DNA of 64,000 nucleotides from Nannocystis bainbridge (GTDB lineage Bacteria; Myxococcota_A; Polyangia; Nannocystales; Nannocystaceae): NCBI RefSeq assembly GCF_028368995.1, contig NZ_JAQNDL010000001.1, positions 4,472,531 to 4,536,530 of the forward strand, read 5' to 3'. Shown piece by piece: positions 61,242 to 64,000 of this stretch (position 1 is its first letter; each line of letters starts with the position of its first letter). The notes under the pieces were generated by a model. It saw only the letters and a program-made list of their open reading frames with translations, ran no database searches and was not told where the DNA came from. The position numbers and the translations under genes were made by a program.

Positions 61242-62882
61242 TCATGTCCCGGCGGGCAGGCTCGGCGCGAGCAGGGACAGGGCGCGGGCCGGTCCGATCG
61301 CGGTGATCAGCGTGGTCAGCTTGGGGCCCTTGTCGCGGCCGATGAGCAGGTCGTAGACGACCGGGAGGAAGGTCTTGTTGTCGAGGCCGGTGCCCTCGCA
61401 CAGCGTCTTCATGGTCGGGACCAACTCGTCCTCGCGGATCTCTTCGCGGCCGCGCAGCGGGGCGAGCAGGCGGGCGAGGCAGGTGGCCTCGTCGGCGGAC
61501 AGCTCGCGCAGCTTAGGCTCGCGGCGCAGCTGGTAGCGGAACTCGTCGGGGCCCCACTCGGCGATCCAGTTCCACACGCAGCGGGCGCGCTGGCGGGTCA
61601 GGCGGCGCGACTCGTCGCCGTTGATCTGGCCCGCCTCGGCGTAGTAGGCGACGGTCTTGTCGAGGTCGCCCTCGAAGATCTGCAGCGTCATGCTGAGGTG
61701 GCGGAAGCCGGGCACGAACGGCAGGACGTCGCCCTCGCCGATCCGGCGGTGGTCGACGCTGGCCAGCTGCATGGTGCGCTGGGCGACGAGGCGCGCCTGG
61801 GCGTCCTTGGCCGGCTCGACGCCGTAGGCGATCCGGCGCGTGCGGTCGAAGTTCTCGTAGAGGGTGATGACGTCGAGGTCGAAGCTGATCTGGAACTCGG
61901 TGTTGGGGCGGAACGAGACGAACATCCAGCGCAGGACCTCGGGCTCGTAGATCTCGAGGCAGTCGGAGACGGTGACGACGTCGCCCTTGCTGCTCGAGAT
62001 CTTGCCGGCGCGGCCCTTGATCCGCACGAAGTCGTAGCCGACGTACTCGGGGGCCTGCCAGCCGTAGACGACGCGGACGATGTCCTTGGCGGTGTCGAAG
62101 CTGCCGCCGGCGGTGCTGTGGTCCTTGCCGCCGGGCTCGAAGCAGACGCGCTCGTGGGCCCAGCGCATCGGCCAGTCGATGCGCCACGGGAGCTTGAGGT
62201 TGCCGCCCTGGCGCAGGTCGACGTCGGCGGCGTGCTTGCACGCGCTGCAGTCGTAATGAACGGTCCACTCGTCCTGGACGGCGAAGGCGAGGGTGTCGCG
62301 GCCGCAGTTGTCGCAGAAGCCGGACAGCGGCAGCCAGCCGTCCTCGAGGCGGGTGTTGGCGGTGGTCTTGTCGCGCACGCTGTTGAGGACGGCGCGGATG
62401 TCGGCGGCGTGCTTGAGGGCGAGGCGGATGCCCTCGGCGTAGGCGCCGGCGCGGTAGCGCTGCGACTGACGGATGAACTCGGGCTGGATGCCGAGCGGGG
62501 CGAGGCTCTTCTCGAAGGCGGCGATGTTGTGCCCGGCGTAGCTGTCGTGCTCACCGTAGGGGTCGGGCACGGCGCTGATGCTGCGGCGCAGGTTGTCGTT
62601 CAACATGTCGCGCTGCGGCATGTCGGCCGGGACCTTGCGCAGGACGTCGAAGTCGTCCCACGAGTAGATGAAGCGGACGTCGGCGCCGCGGTCGCGCAGG
62701 GCCCGAGCGACGAGGTCGACGGTGATGACCTCGCGGAAGTTGCCGACGTGGACGACGCCCGAAGGCGTGATGCCGGCGGCGACGGTGACGACCTTGGCGT
62801 CCGCGTGCGCGGCAAGAGTCTTGGCGGCGGCCGCGTCGGCCCAGTGATTGAGGTACGGATCTTGACCCGCTGCGGGCTCCAT
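61242..62882 (-). CDS. lysS: Class I LysRS, third copy
   Basis: Identical translation. Confidence 0.78.
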   Translation of the reverse strand: MEPAAGQDPYLNHWADAAAAKTLAAHADAKVVTVAAGITPSGVVHVGNFREVITVDLVARALRDRGADVRFIYSWDDFDVLRKVPADMPQRDMLNDNLRRSISAVPDPYGEHDSYAGHNIAAFEKSLAPLGIQPEFIRQSQRYRAGAYAEGIRLALKHAADIRAVLNSVRDKTTANTRLEDGWLPLSGFCDNCGRDTLAFAVQDEWTVHYDCSACKHAADVDLRQGGNLKLPWRIDWPMRWAHERVCFEPGGKDHSTAGGSFDTAKDIVRVVYGWQAPEYVGYDFVRIKGRAGKISSSKGDVVTVSDCLEIYEPEVLRWMFVSFRPNTEFQISFDLDVITLYENFDRTRRIAYGVEPAKDAQARLVAQRTMQLASVDHRRIGEGDVLPFVPGFRHLSMTLQIFEGDLDKTVAYYAEAGQINGDESRRLTRQRARCVWNWIAEWGPDEFRYQLRREPKLRELSADEATCLARLLAPLRGREEIREDELVPTMKTLCEGTGLDNKTFLPVVYDLLIGRDKGPKLTTLITAIGPARALSLLAPSLPAGT

Positions 62883-63084
62883 GGCCGAAAGGTTGTCGCA
62901 GATGCGCGACGCGGCGAGAAGCCCCGCGCTCACGAGCGCTGGTGACTTTGCAGCGGCAAGCAGCGACGACGCAGGCGCGGAGCGCAGGGCCCGGCGCCCG
63001 TCCAGGCCCGGCGCCATGCGCCGCGGATGAGGCGGCGCGGCGGCGGTCGTGATGGGCAGCGGTGAGGCACCGCTGCCGTCGGGC

Positions 63085-63919
63085 TCATTTCGCGGCGGCC
63101 GGGGCGGGGCCGCAGTTGGCCTCGTCCTGGAGCGCGTTGGCCGCGTCGATCAAGGGCTGGCCGGCGCCCTTGGTGGTGTAGATCTTGGCGGCCTCGGCGA
63201 TCAGGCGGCACGCCTCGGGGTGTTCTTCTTGTCCTTGTAGCGGACGACGGCGGCCTGGCCCTCGAGCGCGCGGGCGCCGAGGAGCTCGTTGCCCGGCTGC
63301 TTCTCGACCAGGCGCTGGGCCTTGACGAAGGTCGAGGCGGCCGAGTCGAGCTCGCCGGGGTTGACGATCGCGTTGTCCTCGCCGCCGAAGGCGAGGTTGA
63401 TCTTGGTGTTGCCGTACATGACGAGGGCGAGGCCGGCGTTGGGGCCGTCCTTCTGGAGGTTGTAAGCCTCCTCGAAGTCGGCGGCGGCGCCGGCGAAGTC
63501 CTCGGTCTTGAGCTTGTAAGCGCCCTGAGCCAGCTTGGCGGCGATCTTCACCTCGGGGTCGCCGGTCTGCTCGGCCATCGCCTGGGCGTGGTCGGCGGGC
63601 TCCTTGGCGTTCTCGACGACGTCTTCGGCGAGCGCGAGCGACAACCATGCAGCGCCGAGGCCGGAGGCGCGGGCCTTCTCCTTCGACTTGAGGTCGTCGA
63701 CGAGCGGCTTCATGGTCTCGATGACCTGGCCGTACTGGCCGGCGATGTACTTGGCGCGGGCCTCGGCGATCGCGGGGGGTCGGGCTCGGTGGTGACGGGC
63801 GCCGGCTTGTCGGCGTCGGTGGTGGCGGGCTTGTCGTCGGACGGCTTGTCGGTGTCCGCGGACTTCTTGCAAGCCGCGGTCAGGCTGAACGCGGCGAGGC
63901 AGACGAGGATGCGCTTCAT
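63085..63919 (-). pseudogene. Third copy of the TPR-like lipoprotein with 1-nt deletions
   Basis: Frameshifts at about 63220 and about 63778. Confidence 0.72.
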
Positions 63920-64000
63920 TCGGTGGTCTCCTGCGGGGCCTGGGCGGGGGAGGCTGGGAGGATAACGCCTCGGCGGCGGCGGGCACGGGAGTTTCTGCCG

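Larger units (their letters stand above)
60421..64000 (+). repeat. Third, direct copy of approximately 43126-46710, running off the window
   Basis: Constant offset of about 17294 (43948 to 61242; 45791 to 63085). Confidence 0.97.

Noticed and set aside
57978-62882. Three lysS paralogues as a real gene family
   Set aside because: The translations are identical and all lie inside the triplicated block, so they are not independent genes.

Overview
This is very GC-rich bacterial DNA. The gene content (many lipoproteins with Thr/Ser/Gly linkers, an IgGFc-binding-domain protein, a PilZ-like/REC/DUF4388 protein, alpha-2-macroglobulin with PBP1C) points to a myxobacterium, probably Nannocystis-like (inference). 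Positions 1 to about 51800 are ordinary single-copy chromosome. They carry a class II glutamine amidotransferase, two acyl-CoA dehydrogenases, two Fur-family regulators, dcd, A2M-pbpC, a HisKA-REC-adenylate cyclase, a UvrD helicase, xdhAB, a sodium:solute symporter, an SDR, greB, a GlmU-like protein, a class I LysRS, xseB and the 5' part of ispA. Three things stand out. (1) A 14-bp palindrome, TGTCC-N4-GGACA, occurs dozens of times as monomers, as exact 14-bp-period tandem arrays and as a regularly spaced CRISPR-like cluster. It is present at 8 of 9 convergent gene junctions, is written into coding sequences, and forms a translationally coupled mini-ORF between xdhA and xdhB. (2) A PlpX/splicease-like radical SAM-SPASM enzyme, preceded by a methyltransferase, converges on a Zn-ribbon/lipobox protein ending in a single 'PYGAPP' motif. 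This suggests backbone Tyr-excision on a lipoprotein. (3) From about 51800 onward the sequence is an inverted copy (about 51820-60420) and then a direct copy (60421-64000) of the 43126-51800 segment. Both junctions lie on quasi-palindromes and the copies carry scattered small indels. This is most likely a fold-back or assembly artefact, although a real tandem-inversion duplication cannot be excluded. No rRNA, tRNA, cas or transposase genes were recognised.
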